Source: an uncultured Candidatus Saccharibacteria bacterium
Lineage (GTDB): Bacteria; Patescibacteriota; Saccharimonadia; Saccharimonadales; JAGQNJ01
Assembly: GCA_964426845.1 (NCBI GenBank)
Contig: CAYRSA010000003.1
Span: 6,751 to 70,750, forward strand
Reading direction: 5' to 3'
DNA length: 64,000 bases
The translations under genes were made by a program, and so were the position numbers. The notes under the pieces were generated by a model that saw nothing but the letters and a program-made list of their open reading frames with translations, was not told the origin of the DNA and made no database searches. Shown piece after piece: positions 53,385 to 62,706 of this stretch (within the stretch, counting starts at the first letter, position 1; each line of letters starts with the position of its first letter).

Positions 53385-55601
53385 ATGGCTAAAAAGAAAA
53401 ACACAAAAGCTAAACACGCCAAGCCTGCCAAGAAAGGCAAACAGGAAGAAGTACCGGAGTCCAACTTCTGGCCACTGGCCGGCGCCATTATCATGGTGTT
53501 GTTGGCTCTGTTCTTGCTGTTGGGCGGTTTTGGAGCTGGCGGACCTCTGCCAGAAGGCTTGTTTAACGGCGTCTACTGGGCCCTAGGCTGGGCGGCCTAC
53601 CTAAGCGTGCCGGCCTTGATTTTCTTAGGTATCCAGAAGTTTACCAGCGAAGAAAAAGAGATTCCCCTCGAGAAACTAGCTGCCAGCCTGGCATTCCTGG
53701 CTTTTACGGCCGCCTGGTTGTTTACAGCTTTCGCCAGTCAGGAAAATGGCCAATTTAGCAATGGTAACGGCGGCTCGGTCGGCGAAACTCTGGGCAATGT
53801 CACTCTCGGCGCCATTAACCAAATTCCAGCCACCATTATGTTTATGGTCCTAGGCCTGTTGGCCTTTTTCCTAGCCTCCGGCATTTCGCCCAAAGTGTTA
53901 TTGGCTCTAGGTAAAATATTCAAACGCGAAGAGCAGGACCCCGAACTGGCGGCTCTGCAACCTAAAGAATCTAAATTCCAGATGAACGAGGGCGTGCCGG
54001 TTGAGCAGGGCAGTGCTCGATTATCAAGTCTAAAAAATACTGCCGAAAAACTAGGTGCAAGTCAAAATCACGAGGCCCTAACAGTGGCCAGTGACCCGTC
54101 CTGGAAATTCCCAGGCCTGGATTTGCTGAACCAAAAACAGGATAAAGCCGATGCCGGCGATGTCGAGGGCAACGCCGAACTTATTAAAGAGTCATTAAAT
54201 AACTTCAATATTGCCGTCGAGATGGAAGGCGCAAATATTGGTCCCCGGGTTACTCAGTATACCCTGCGGCCGCCCGCTGGGACCAAACTGACAAAGATTA
54301 AGGCTTTGGAAGATAACCTGGCCCTGGATTTGGCGGCTCAAACTATCCGTATTGAAGCCCCAATTCCTGGAAAACGGGCCGTTGGTATAGAGGTGCCTAA
54401 CGTCAAAGCCGCGCACGTGCGTATCAGCAGTATACTGCAGTCACCAGAGTGGGCCGGCCTGAACAGTCCGCTGGGATTTGCTATTGGTAAAGACATTTCC
54501 GGTACGCCGATCGTCGGTGCCCTGGATAAAATGCCCCATTTATTAGTCGCTGGACAGACTGGCTCTGGTAAGTCAGTTATGATTAACACTATTCTAACTA
54601 GTTTGCTATACAAGAACAGTCCATCTGACCTAAAGTTGATCCTAGTCGATCCTAAGCGGGTGGAGCTAAAACCATACGACGACATTCCGCACTTGCTGGC
54701 GCCGGTGATCACCGAGCCGGAGAAGTGTATTAGCGCCCTAAAGTGGACAGTGGCCGAGATGGAGCGTCGCTACAGCGCTTTATCAGAGGTCCACAAGCGT
54801 AATATTCACGAGTATAATGCCCTCAAAAAAGAGGAAGGCATGCCTTATATCGTGGTGGTAATTGACGAGCTGGCCGACCTGATGATGATGGCTGCCCGCG
54901 ATGTTGAGGCTCTGATTGTGAGGATTGCTCAGAAAGCTCGAGCCGTCGGTATCCACTTAATTCTAGCCACCCAACGCCCATCAGTCGACGTTATTACCGG
55001 CCTAATTAAGGCCAACGTGCCGGCCCGGGTAGCTTTTACCACCGCCAGCCAAGTTGATTCACGGACAATTATTGACCAAATGGGCGCCGAGAAGTTACTG
55101 GGCCAGGGCGATATGTTGCTACTGACTGCCGAAATGCCTAAGCCCAAGCGTGTCCAAGGCGCCTTTATAACCGAGGAAGAGACTGCTAAAATCACCGAGT
55201 TTATTCGCAACCAGCGCGACCCTAATTACAACGACGAAGTGGTTAGTCAACCGGTTCAACTGGGTGGCGGGCGTGGTGGTTCGGTTGTCGATTATGGCGG
55301 CCAGGATGCTGACGACGATATGTGGAAGGACGCCATTAAAGTGGTGGTGGACAGCAAAAAAGCCAGTACCAGCCTGTTGCAACGACGCCTAAGGGTTGGA
55401 TACGCGCGGGCCGCTCGTTTAATCGAAGCCATGGAAGAGCAGGGCATTATCGGCCCAGCCGATGGCTCACGGCCCCGTGATGTCCTAGTCAGTTCTGTTG
55501 ACGAAGTCTTCGGCGCTCCCGAGGCAGTTGCTCCAGCCCCAGCACCAGTCACCCAAGCTGAAGACGAAGACCAGGAAGACGACGAAGAACCGTTGACCTA
55601 A
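53385..55601 (+). CDS. ftsK: DNA translocase FtsK
   Basis: N-terminal TM helices, Walker A (VAGQTGSGKSV), Walker B (VVVIDELADL) and a gamma/winged-helix domain (LLQRRLRVGYARAARLIEAMEEQGIIG). Confidence 0.93.
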   Translation: MAKKKNTKAKHAKPAKKGKQEEVPESNFWPLAGAIIMVLLALFLLLGGFGAGGPLPEGLFNGVYWALGWAAYLSVPALIFLGIQKFTSEEKEIPLEKLAASLAFLAFTAAWLFTAFASQENGQFSNGNGGSVGETLGNVTLGAINQIPATIMFMVLGLLAFFLASGISPKVLLALGKIFKREEQDPELAALQPKESKFQMNEGVPVEQGSARLSSLKNTAEKLGASQNHEALTVASDPSWKFPGLDLLNQKQDKADAGDVEGNAELIKESLNNFNIAVEMEGANIGPRVTQYTLRPPAGTKLTKIKALEDNLALDLAAQTIRIEAPIPGKRAVGIEVPNVKAAHVRISSILQSPEWAGLNSPLGFAIGKDISGTPIVGALDKMPHLLVAGQTGSGKSVMINTILTSLLYKNSPSDLKLILVDPKRVELKPYDDIPHLLAPVITEPEKCISALKWTVAEMERRYSALSEVHKRNIHEYNALKKEEGMPYIVVVIDELADLMMMAARDVEALIVRIAQKARAVGIHLILATQRPSVDVITGLIKANVPARVAFTTASQVDSRTIIDQMGAEKLLGQGDMLLLTAEMPKPKRVQGAFITEEETAKITEFIRNQRDPNYNDEVVSQPVQLGGGRGGSVVDYGGQDADDDMWKDAIKVVVDSKKASTSLLQRRLRVGYARAARLIEAMEEQGIIGPADGSRPRDVLVSSVDEVFGAPEAVAPAPAPVTQAEDEDQEDDEEPLT

Positions 55602-55621
55602 CCCCTGTATTACGCTATAAT
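55593..55621 (+). promoter_or_regulatory. promoter TTGACC-17-TATAAT for the rpsF-ssb-rpsR operon
   Basis: The -35 at 55593-55598 lies inside the ftsK 3' end and the -10 is at 55616-55621. This gives a ~65-nt leader ending in GAGAGGAGATCTCCAATG. Confidence 0.55.
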
Positions 55622-55693
55622 TATCGTTGTAATTTAATCCTAGTTCATGACAATTTAATGGTGCATGGGCTATAACCAGAGAGGAGATCTCCA

Positions 55694-56077
55694 ATGCAAC
55701 GCTACGAATTAGCGATAGTCTACGATCCAGGGCTTGAAGTGGATCTAAGTAAAGCGGAAGACCGCGTCAAGAAAATTATTGCCGATAACGGTGGTAAGAT
55801 CGTGTCCGACGATAATTGGGGTAAGCGCAAGCTGGCCTATCCGATTAACAAGAACGAGCACGGAGTTTACGTGTTTTACATCGTCGAGCTGGTACCAACT
55901 AGTCTCGGCAAGATTGAGAGCACCCTAAACATTACCAACGAAGTCATCCGCTATCTCATTGTTCGCCAGGATGAGAAAGAATTGGCTAAGGCCGAAGCCG
56001 CCCGAGCCCACAAGGCCGAGCGCGAAGAGCGACGTCAAGAATCAACTGACGAAGATAAAGAAACCAAGGAAGACTAA
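55694..56077 (+). CDS. rpsF: 30S ribosomal protein S6
   Basis: MQRYELAIVYDPGLEV...RKLAYPINKNEHGVY with an acidic C-terminal tail. Confidence 0.93.
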   Translation: MQRYELAIVYDPGLEVDLSKAEDRVKKIIADNGGKIVSDDNWGKRKLAYPINKNEHGVYVFYIVELVPTSLGKIESTLNITNEVIRYLIVRQDEKELAKAEAARAHKAEREERRQESTDEDKETKED

Positions 56078-56094
56078 GAAAAGAGAGGGAAGAC

Positions 56095-56574
56095 ATGGCA
56101 CGAAGCATTAACCAAGTAACATTGATGGGCAACCTGACTAGGGATCCCGAACTAAGGCAAACACCCAACGGACAGAGCGTTTGCAGCTTTAGTCTGGCTC
56201 TTAACCGAGCCTACAAAGACCAGAGTGGTGAATGGATCGAAGCTACTGACTACGTGGATGTAGTAGCTTGGGCTGGACTGGGCGAACGAGTAGCTCAGTA
56301 CCTGCAAAAAGGTCGCCGCTGTTTAGTGGTTGGACGTTTGCAAAGCAGCTCTTGGGAGCAAGACGGTAAGAAACGCACCAAAGTGGAAGTTAACGCTCAG
56401 GATGTAACATTCTTGGATAGCCCACGCGGTGACGCTGGAGCTGAAGGCGGTGATGGTGGCTCTGATGCCCCGGCCGACAAGCCTAAAGCCAACAAAACTA
56501 GCAAAAAGGACGACGTAGTCATCGAGGAAATCGATGACTCCGCTCCTATTAATTTAGATGACATCCCATTTTAA
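56095..56574 (+). CDS. ssb: single-stranded DNA-binding protein
   Basis: OB fold (INQVTLMGNLTRDPELRQTPNG), a Gly/Asp-rich linker and a C-terminal DDIPF tip. Confidence 0.93.
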   Translation: MARSINQVTLMGNLTRDPELRQTPNGQSVCSFSLALNRAYKDQSGEWIEATDYVDVVAWAGLGERVAQYLQKGRRCLVVGRLQSSSWEQDGKKRTKVEVNAQDVTFLDSPRGDAGAEGGDGGSDAPADKPKANKTSKKDDVVIEEIDDSAPINLDDIPF

Positions 56575-56583
56575 GGAGAAATA

Positions 56584-56787
56584 ATGGCAAAAATTTTTAG
56601 ACAACGAGATGAAGTAGCTTACTTTGACTACAAGGATTTCAAGTCCCTGCAACGTTATGTAAACAGCTATGGACAAATTGAATCACGCAAGAAAACCGGA
56701 CTGACCGAGAGTCAGCAGAGGCATCTTTCCCGGGCCATCAAGCGGGCTCGACACATGGCTCTATTACCATTTGTAACTAACGGCTAA
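56584..56787 (+). CDS. rpsR: 30S ribosomal protein S18
   Basis: ...YFDYKDFKSLQRYVNSYGQIESRKKTGLTESQQRHLSRAIKRARHMALLPF... Confidence 0.93.
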   Translation: MAKIFRQRDEVAYFDYKDFKSLQRYVNSYGQIESRKKTGLTESQQRHLSRAIKRARHMALLPFVTNG

Positions 56788-56793
56788 ACAGAT

Positions 56794-57210
56794 ATGCGAG
56801 CCATGAAAATTGCACTGGCGGTTCTGCAACAAGGCGATGATTATCTCCTGCAAAAACGGGGTAATATTCCCAAGATTGGCGGAGCTAATTTGATCGGACT
56901 TTTTGGCGGTAAGATTGAGGATGAAACACCCCTCGAAGCCGTGTGCCGAGAAGTTGCCGAGGAAACCAACATGTCTCCAAAACCAGAGGATGCCACTCAC
57001 TGGGGCGAAGTAGACGTTACTTCCGACCACAACCTAGAGAAGGTGGTAGTCAACGCTCAAATTTTCCATATCAAAGTGGCCAAGGATTTTGAATTTAAGG
57101 CTAAAGAAGGTGAGCTAGTTAAAATGACCAAGGAGCAAGCTATGAAACAATTAGACAGCATGACTCCAGGGACCGCAGCCTGCTTTAGGCAACTAGTAGG
57201 AGATAAGTAG
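56794..57210 (+). CDS. NUDIX hydrolase
   Basis: Nudix box GGKIEDETPLEAVCREVAEETN. Confidence 0.8.
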   Translation: MRAMKIALAVLQQGDDYLLQKRGNIPKIGGANLIGLFGGKIEDETPLEAVCREVAEETNMSPKPEDATHWGEVDVTSDHNLEKVVVNAQIFHIKVAKDFEFKAKEGELVKMTKEQAMKQLDSMTPGTAACFRQLVGDK

Positions 57211-57777
57211 ATGGCTTTTGGAATTACAGATCTTAGAAAAGGTACGATATTTCAGATGAATGGTACGCCCTACCGGGTGGTGGAGTATGCCCAGAAGGTT
57301 ATGGGGCGCCAGGGCAGCGTGGTCAATGTCAAAATTAAGAGTTTAACTGATGGCAAAGTGTTGGACAAGACTTTTAAGGGCAGTGAGTCAATCGAGCCGG
57401 CCGATGTTGCAACCCAAAAGGTTCAATATTTGTATAACGATAGCTCTAACTACTTTTTTATGAATGACGACACTTACGAGCAGTTTGAGGTGCCGGCTGA
57501 TGTTGTCGGTGACTACGCCGGCTATCTAAAAGAAGGCGACACCGTAAACTTACAGATGTTTGATGGCCAAGTTATCAATGTCGAACTACCCAAAAATGTC
57601 TACCTAAAGGTCACTTACACCGAAGATGCCGTAAAAGGCGACACCAGCAGTTCAATCACCAAGGAAGCCAAGGTTGAAACAGGCATCACTGTCAAAGTCC
57701 CAGCTTTCATCAAGACTGGCGACATTATTTCTGTCGACACCGAGTCGGGTGCCTACCGCGAACGCAAGAAAGATTAG
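57211..57777 (+). CDS. efp: elongation factor P
   Basis: ...LRKGTIFQMNGTPYRVVEY... The protein is 188 aa with three OB-like domains. Confidence 0.92.
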   Translation: MAFGITDLRKGTIFQMNGTPYRVVEYAQKVMGRQGSVVNVKIKSLTDGKVLDKTFKGSESIEPADVATQKVQYLYNDSSNYFFMNDDTYEQFEVPADVVGDYAGYLKEGDTVNLQMFDGQVINVELPKNVYLKVTYTEDAVKGDTSSSITKEAKVETGITVKVPAFIKTGDIISVDTESGAYRERKKD

Positions 57778-57778
57778 C

Positions 57779-58492
57779 ATGGGCAAGCGCCGTCTGGACC
57801 AGCGACTGGTAGAAATGGGGCTAGTGCGGTCGCGCTCCCAAGCCGAAAGCATGATTGGCTTGGGCGAAGTTACTGTCGATGGTAGAAAGATTCAAAAATC
57901 CGGCTACTTTGTGCCCGACACCGCTAAAATCAAGGTTACCACTGATGAACGTTATGTCTCTAGGGCAGCTTTGAAGTTGGCATCGGTGGCTCGGGAGTTT
58001 GATCTAGATTTTAAAGGCCGGACAGTGCTGGATGTCGGCTCATCGACTGGTGGTTTCACCGACTTTGCCTTACAAAATGGCGCCAACAAAGTTATCGCCG
58101 TGGAAGCCGGTAAGGATCAGCTCCATCCCAGTCTGCGAGGTAATGACAAGATAGAGCTACACGAGCAAACTGATATCCGAGATATTGACGAATTGTCGGC
58201 TAAGCCAGACCTTGTTGTTATCGACGTGTCTTTCGTGTCGCTGCGAGACATTTTGCCTCACATAGCTAAAATTACAGATGGGAAAGCTCAGATAGTCGCT
58301 ATGGTTAAACCGCAGTTTGAGGCTCCAGACAACATCAAACACAAGGGAGTTATTAAGAACGAGCGCCTGCGGCGTGAGATTTTAAAGGACTTCGAGGATT
58401 GGGTTAAGCCGAAGTTTGTTATCAGGGACAAGGCCGACAGCAAGGTGGCAGGCACCAAGGGTAATCTCGAGCGTTTTTACCTACTTAGCTAG
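57779..58492 (+). CDS. tlyA: TlyA-family rRNA 2'-O-methyltransferase
   Basis: MGKRRLDQRLVEMGLVRSRSQAESMI (S4 domain) plus a VLDVGSSTGGFTD SAM-binding motif. The start was moved to the ATG at 57779, just after the efp stop. Confidence 0.88.
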   Translation: MGKRRLDQRLVEMGLVRSRSQAESMIGLGEVTVDGRKIQKSGYFVPDTAKIKVTTDERYVSRAALKLASVAREFDLDFKGRTVLDVGSSTGGFTDFALQNGANKVIAVEAGKDQLHPSLRGNDKIELHEQTDIRDIDELSAKPDLVVIDVSFVSLRDILPHIAKITDGKAQIVAMVKPQFEAPDNIKHKGVIKNERLRREILKDFEDWVKPKFVIRDKADSKVAGTKGNLERFYLLS

Positions 58493-58513
58493 CCTCTGAT
58501 ACACTAGGGGTAG

Positions 58514-59167
58514 ATGTATTTCCGAGATCGCAACCAAGCCGGCCAACTACTGGCGGCTAAACTCCAAGATTATCGTTATGAAAATACGGCTGCAGTGGCT
58601 CTATCTGACGGCGGTGTGATTGTGGCGGCCGAGATAGCCAAAGCTCTGCACTGCGTGCTGACCATGCTTCTGACCGAAGAGATAAAACTGCCGGGAGAGC
58701 ACAACGCCGTAGCCGTAGTAAATCAAGATGGCGGCTTCACTTATAACAAGATGTTCTCGACCGGGCAGCTGGAGGGTTGGGCGGCTGAGTATCATACCTA
58801 TCTAGAGCAAGAGAAAGAGCAAAAATTCCATGCCATTAACCGGTTGTTGGGCGAAGGCGGCTTAATTCGCCCAGACCTACTGTATGGACGAAATGTAATT
58901 CTGGTGTCAGATGGCTTGCATAACGGTTTATCGCTGGATGCCGCCGCTGATTTCTTGAAGCCTATCAAGATCCAAAAATTGATTGTAGCCACGCCGCTAG
59001 CCAGTGTGGCGGCGGTCGACCGCATGCACCTTCTGGCCGATCAAATCGTTTGCCTAAGCGTACCCGACAACCTGATGGATATCGGCCATTACTACGACAA
59101 CAATAAGATGCCCAGCCGGGATGAGCTGGTCAAGACCATAGAAACCATTGTTCTTAATTGGCACTAA
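58514..59167 (+). CDS. predicted phosphoribosyltransferase-fold protein (degenerate PRPP loop)
   Basis: MYFRDRNQAGQLLAAKL...VALSDGGVIVAAEIAKAL... The PRPP-motif position reads NVILVSDGLHNGLSL. Confidence 0.6.
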   Translation: MYFRDRNQAGQLLAAKLQDYRYENTAAVALSDGGVIVAAEIAKALHCVLTMLLTEEIKLPGEHNAVAVVNQDGGFTYNKMFSTGQLEGWAAEYHTYLEQEKEQKFHAINRLLGEGGLIRPDLLYGRNVILVSDGLHNGLSLDAAADFLKPIKIQKLIVATPLASVAAVDRMHLLADQIVCLSVPDNLMDIGHYYDNNKMPSRDELVKTIETIVLNWH

Positions 59168-59171
59168 AAAA

Positions 59172-59825
59172 CTATGGTTCGAGGATGTCGTGAAGCTTTT
59201 GCTCGTCCTTAATAATAATGTGGCCGTCTTGATTAACAATTAGATCTTTACGGGCCAATTGAGCTAGCTCACGGCCAGTGGTCTCTCTGGTGGCGTTGAT
59301 TGAACTAGCAATGTCCTGTTGCTTCAAAGGGGCCATTATACAGACTCCTAAGGGGTGTTTGGTGCCAAAGCGGTTAGACATGATGAGTAGAAACGAAATC
59401 AGGCGTTCGCGAACTGTACGATACTCTAGGTTCATAATACGCTCACTGTGGATGCGGTACATTTCGAACACAATGTCCATGAATGGTGCTTGCAGCGAAG
59501 GATTATTGCGCAAAAGTTCTTGAAATACCTTTTGTTCAAGCCGATAGACCTTAACTTCAGAGAGCGCTTGGTAAATAATGTGACGCCCCTGGCCAGTAAT
59601 CGACCAAATCAGTGGGAAAACCTCGTTCTGTTTACGGATGATTAGCAAGTTTTCCTCACCATACTTAGTGATGTCATAGGCTTTAACTAATCCCTCCTGG
59701 ATATAAAAAACGCCCGAAGGAGTGTCCCCCGGACGAATGATGAACTCACCCTTGGTGTAGGTGAGTGGTGAGCCCCCATGGAAGGCTTTCACCAACTCCT
59801 TATGTTGAGCGTCTGTAGCAAACAT
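59172..59825 (-). CDS. Crp/Fnr-family transcriptional regulator
   Basis: N-terminal cNMP-binding-like beta-roll plus a C-terminal HTH (QQDIASSINATRETTGRELAQLARKDLI). Confidence 0.8.
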   Translation of the reverse strand: MFATDAQHKELVKAFHGGSPLTYTKGEFIIRPGDTPSGVFYIQEGLVKAYDITKYGEENLLIIRKQNEVFPLIWSITGQGRHIIYQALSEVKVYRLEQKVFQELLRNNPSLQAPFMDIVFEMYRIHSERIMNLEYRTVRERLISFLLIMSNRFGTKHPLGVCIMAPLKQQDIASSINATRETTGRELAQLARKDLIVNQDGHIIIKDEQKLHDILEP

Positions 59826-59831
59826 GTATTA

Positions 59832-59860
59832 ATTATAGGGCAAAAGGTGTTGTGTGACAA
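59832..59860 (-). promoter_or_regulatory. promoter of the Crp/Fnr-family gene (TTGTCA-17-TATAAT, then 6 nt to ATG)
   Basis: On the minus strand the -35 corresponds to + 59855-59860 and the -10 to + 59832-59837. The ATG is at 59825. Confidence 0.6.
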
Positions 59861-59868
59861 AAATCTCA
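59853..59868. promoter_or_regulatory. CRP/FNR-type palindrome TGTGA-N6-TCTCA
   Basis: TGTGA (59853-59857), caaaaa, TCTCA (59864-59868). This is one mismatch from TGTGA-N6-TCACA and it overlaps the -35 of the adjacent Crp-family gene. Confidence 0.5.
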
Positions 59869-59952
59869 GCAAGGTGGCGAGCAGAATTACAGACAAACTT
59901 TCTATGACGGCCTAGACTAGAGGCAGGGTCAACTAGTGCGAGGAGGTCCAAG

Positions 59953-60633
59953 ATGGTAAGCGCTAAAGAAATCGATCGCCAACTAAAAAATATAGGGGTG
60001 ACTTTCTGGTTCTTGGGCAATGCTGAGCTTCGCGAACTTCGCCACATTCTTGTCGATGGAGAGGTTATAGAGCACTGTGTTCTGGGCCGCTATGAGGGTG
60101 GATTCGCGGTTCTGTGTGCCACTAATTTGCGGCTTTTGTTAATCGACAAAAAGCCGTTTTATTTAACCCTTGAAGACATTCGCTATGACATGGTTGTAGA
60201 GGTAGATTTTTCTCACCGTTTGCTCAACGCCACTATCAAAGTTTGCACGCCTAATAAGACCCTGCACTTTACCAGTTATAAGAATCATGAAATTCGCCAA
60301 CTTGTGACCTATATACAGCATAGGATCATAGCCGACCGCCAGCAACAAGCCAATCAGGTCCAATATGAGACAAATTCCCAGTACCAGCAGTACCGACCGC
60401 CGCAGCCAGCTCAACTATCGTGGCAACCCCAACGGTTTATCGAGCAAATTGCTGACATACCTCAAGCCAACACCGCACAGCCTCCGCACCGGTCCATTAA
60501 GAATATTGCTCTAACTGCTTTCGACGGCGCATCCCGAGTAACCGATGCTAGGCCAATTACCAGCATGAGACAAACCATCAACCCCTATGCTCGTTCATCT
60601 TTGACAATGAGGCAACGAATCTCGCGTCTCTAG
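59953..60633 (+). CDS. bacterial PH-domain (YokE/bPH-like) protein with Q/P-rich C-terminus
   Basis: ...LRHILVDGEVIEHCVLGRYEGGFAVLCATNLRLLLIDKKPFYLTLEDIRYDMV... has the bPH pattern. A GGAGG SD lies upstream. Confidence 0.5.
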   Translation: MVSAKEIDRQLKNIGVTFWFLGNAELRELRHILVDGEVIEHCVLGRYEGGFAVLCATNLRLLLIDKKPFYLTLEDIRYDMVVEVDFSHRLLNATIKVCTPNKTLHFTSYKNHEIRQLVTYIQHRIIADRQQQANQVQYETNSQYQQYRPPQPAQLSWQPQRFIEQIADIPQANTAQPPHRSIKNIALTAFDGASRVTDARPITSMRQTINPYARSSLTMRQRISRL

Positions 60634-61709
60634 TTGTTAAAGCGGAATTCCACGACATCTTCGGCTTGCATAACATAGGTTTTACCCTCTAAACGAACCT
60701 TGCCTGCGGCCCTGGCCTTTACTAGGGAGCCGGCCTCTAGAAGATCTGGAAAACTGACCACCTCGGCGGCGATAAAGCCTTTTTCAAAATCTGTATGGAT
60801 AACCCCGGCGGCCTGGGGAGCAGTCGAACCTTGCTTAATTGTCCAGGCTCGGACTTCCTTGTCGCCAGCCGTAAGGTAACTTTGTAGGCCCAGGGTTCGG
60901 TAGGCGGCGTGAATAACCTGGACCAGCCCCGACTCATGTTGCCCATAACTTTCCAGCAACTCGGCAGCGTCAGTCGAGTCTAAATTCTTCAACTCATCCT
61001 CCAATTTAGCACACACAAATAGAGCCTGAGCGGGGGATACCAGGCTGGTTAGCTCCTGTTGTTTGGCTTGATCACTCAGGCCCATTTCGTCAACATTAAA
61101 GACATAGATTATTGGCTTAGCAGTTATCAAGTGGAGGTCCTGAATATGCTCCATTTCAAGGTCTCTAACAGAGGAGACTGCTTTACCTTCATTGAGTAAA
61201 TTTTGTGTTCGTTCTAGGGTGTCGACAATAGGTTTGAGCTTGGGATTGCCCTTAGCTTCCTTGCCAGCAATCGGCAGGCGTTTTTCGACGGTTTGCAGGT
61301 CGGCTAGAATAAGCTCGGTAGTAATAATTTCAATGTCTGATTTTGGGTCAACTTTGTCATCGACATGGACAACATTGCTGTCGTCAAAGGCTCGGACGAC
61401 ATGACAAATAGCGTTGGTGGAGCGGATATGGCTGAGGAATTGATTACCTAAGCCTTCGCCCTTTGATGCGCCAGCCACCAAACCGGCAATATCCACGAAG
61501 TTTACGGTGGCTGGCACTATCGGTGCGCCGTTATACAGCTCTGACAGCTTATTTAGTCTGTCGTCTGGAATGGGTACTATACCCGTATTAGGCTCGATGG
61601 TGGCAAAGGGGTAGTTAGCCGCCAGAATGCTGTTATTAGTAAGGGCGTTGAACAGCGTAGATTTGCCTACATTGGGCAATCCAACGATGCCGATCTGAAG
61701 TGAACTCAT
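60630..61709 (-). CDS. ychF: redox-regulated ATPase YchF
   Basis: [20 protein letters not shown]1 motif and a C-terminal TGS-like domain. TATAGT (61717-61722) lies 7 nt upstream of the ATG. Confidence 0.93.
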   Translation of the reverse strand: MSSLQIGIVGLPNVGKSTLFNALTNNSILAANYPFATIEPNTGIVPIPDDRLNKLSELYNGAPIVPATVNFVDIAGLVAGASKGEGLGNQFLSHIRSTNAICHVVRAFDDSNVVHVDDKVDPKSDIEIITTELILADLQTVEKRLPIAGKEAKGNPKLKPIVDTLERTQNLLNEGKAVSSVRDLEMEHIQDLHLITAKPIIYVFNVDEMGLSDQAKQQELTSLVSPAQALFVCAKLEDELKNLDSTDAAELLESYGQHESGLVQVIHAAYRTLGLQSYLTAGDKEVRAWTIKQGSTAPQAAGVIHTDFEKGFIAAEVVSFPDLLEAGSLVKARAAGKVRLEGKTYVMQAEDVVEFRFNN

Positions 61710-61738
61710 GGATCATACTATAACAGAGGTGATCATTA

Positions 61739-61767
61739 TTGACAAATAGACTCAAGTATGATAGTAT
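61739..61767 (+). promoter_or_regulatory. near-consensus promoter TTGACA-17-TAGTAT for the 61795-63447 gene pair
   Basis: TTGACA at 61739-61744, a 17-nt spacer and TAGTAT at 61762-61767. Confidence 0.6.
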
Positions 61768-61794
61768 GTAATCTGTAGAATCCAAAATAAACAT

Positions 61795-62700
61795 ATGTCA
61801 AAACAGAAAAAAACAGAAAAAACTACAAGTAGCCCAGAAACCAGGTTTGATAATACGAAAGTCTATAAGGGTGCCGTTTTGGGCGTAATGGCCCTGAGAG
61901 CCGTAAAAGGAAAAAATGGTGCGCTTAGCGAACGAGTAGCTAAGCGAATTATCGCAAAAGACTCAACCGTAGCTGGTCGTAAGGTTGCGCCCGAAACTAT
62001 GGCGAAAGTTGAAGTAGTGTCTAAACAGACCGAATACTGGCACGGCACGGGTCGCTACCAATATCGTGACGGCAAAGTCGAAGATGTTCTTAAGGGAATG
62101 ATTGAGCAAGGTGGCTTATTGCCACAGACTGATGATATTGATCTCGTTGGCACTATGGATAGTGTTTCTTTAGCACGGAGCAGGACATACGCTCGCGCCT
62201 ACGCTGATATGCACGAAAATGGCGAAAAAGGCGAGCGCAATGGCTCCGCCTTGCTTTGGTCTGCTGCGTTTATCGGACCATTGGCAATGAAAATTGCACA
62301 AGAGGAAAAAGTTTGGCGTTCGGCTAACCGACAAAGAGTTAAAGAACATTTCGCAGCAAGTAATTCCGCTAGGTGGTACGAAAAAGTACGCCAAGAGCCT
62401 ACGGGTACACTTGGTATTTTTGCACGCGGTTCAGACATTGATGGTAACTACCCAATTCTCTTCGGTGTCAAAGAAAGCGCTGTTGCTCCCGCTAAAACTT
62501 CTGACTCTGTTGCTGTCCACGAAGTACGATCCACAGACCCTATTGGTTTCGACGACCTAACGCATATTGAAGTACCCGAAGCTAGGGTGCTTGAGACCCA
62601 AGAGATGCTGGTAAAGGCCGGCTATGAAGTGCCAGTAATGGCTATTGAAGACTTTGAAGCTTACAGTGCTCGAGAGTCTTTTGTAGAGCAGGTTACATAG
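61795..62700 (+). CDS. hypothetical protein with PARP/Tpt1-like (ADP-ribosyltransferase-fold) 'WHGT' signature (tentative)
   Basis: EYWHGTGRYQY....VLKGMIEQGGLLPQ....SVSLARSRTYARAYA is collinear with LWHGSR...GILSQGLRIAP...GIYFA...S.SA.Y of PARP catalytic domains and with HGT...GL...VHLS of Tpt1/KptA. The His codon is at 62041. Confidence 0.3.
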   Translation: MSKQKKTEKTTSSPETRFDNTKVYKGAVLGVMALRAVKGKNGALSERVAKRIIAKDSTVAGRKVAPETMAKVEVVSKQTEYWHGTGRYQYRDGKVEDVLKGMIEQGGLLPQTDDIDLVGTMDSVSLARSRTYARAYADMHENGEKGERNGSALLWSAAFIGPLAMKIAQEEKVWRSANRQRVKEHFAASNSARWYEKVRQEPTGTLGIFARGSDIDGNYPILFGVKESAVAPAKTSDSVAVHEVRSTDPIGFDDLTHIEVPEARVLETQEMLVKAGYEVPVMAIEDFEAYSARESFVEQVT

Positions 62701-62706
62701 AAATCA

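Noticed and set aside
55622-55693. rpsF leader as the known S6:S18-binding r-protein leader motif
   Set aside because: A leader of ~65 nt exists and ends in the palindrome GGAGATCTCC, which spans the SD. I could not fold a convincing hairpin, because the palindrome has no loop, and I could not recognise the motif by eye. An Rfam scan is needed before any claim.
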